Below the pieces are notes generated by a model, which worked only from the letters and a program-made list of their open reading frames with translations, did no database searches and was not told the origin of the DNA. From a virus (Duplodnaviria; Caudoviricetes), in the IMG/VR virus record IMGVR_UViG_3300026077_000001: a stretch of DNA of 64,000 nt; one strand, 5' to 3'. Shown one piece after another: positions 63,997 to 64,000 of this stretch. Positions within the stretch are counted from its first letter, which is position 1, and the number at the start of each line of letters is the position of its first letter. A program made the translations under genes and the position numbers.

Positions 63997-64000
63997 CTAA

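Noticed and set aside
1-64000. tRNA genes
   Set aside because: No intergenic cloverleaf or T-loop signature was found by eye. GGTTCGA-like strings occur only inside CDSs. tRNAscan-SE would confirm.

Overview
This window comes from a T4-like marine cyanomyovirus (Kyanoviridae type). The host is probably Prochlorococcus, judged from the Prochlorococcus-type D1 protein. It begins inside g20 and runs through the head genes (g21-g23), g3, uvsY/uvsW, g55, g47/g46, a vWA plus CobS-type AAA+ pair, g45/g44/dam/g62/regA, hsp20, g43, uvsX, g41, mazG, a late-expressed cluster of probable head-internal proteins, g61 and nrdA/nrdB. It ends in an auxiliary-metabolic island (talC, pyrE, three hli, petF, psbN-like, psbA, def, purN, pcyA). 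About ten 2OG-Fe(II) oxygenase-like genes are interleaved with the core genes. I saw no tRNA, CRISPR array, intron or intein. The most striking observations are: (1) two tandem glutamine-riboswitch-like aptamers, where the second carries a whole ORF inside its P2 loop, upstream of a DUF4278-type peptide; (2) a ROSE-like RNA thermometer on hsp20; (3) T4 capsid-targeting-like N-termini and repeated protease-site-like motifs on a nucleotidyltransferase and on glycine-zipper polyproteins; (4) HLR1/RpaB-like boxes in both the hli and psbA promoters; (5) six paralogue pairs, including two pcyA, two petF and two psbN-like genes, split between the core region and the auxiliary island. All family calls come from motifs recognised by eye. 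No database searches were run.
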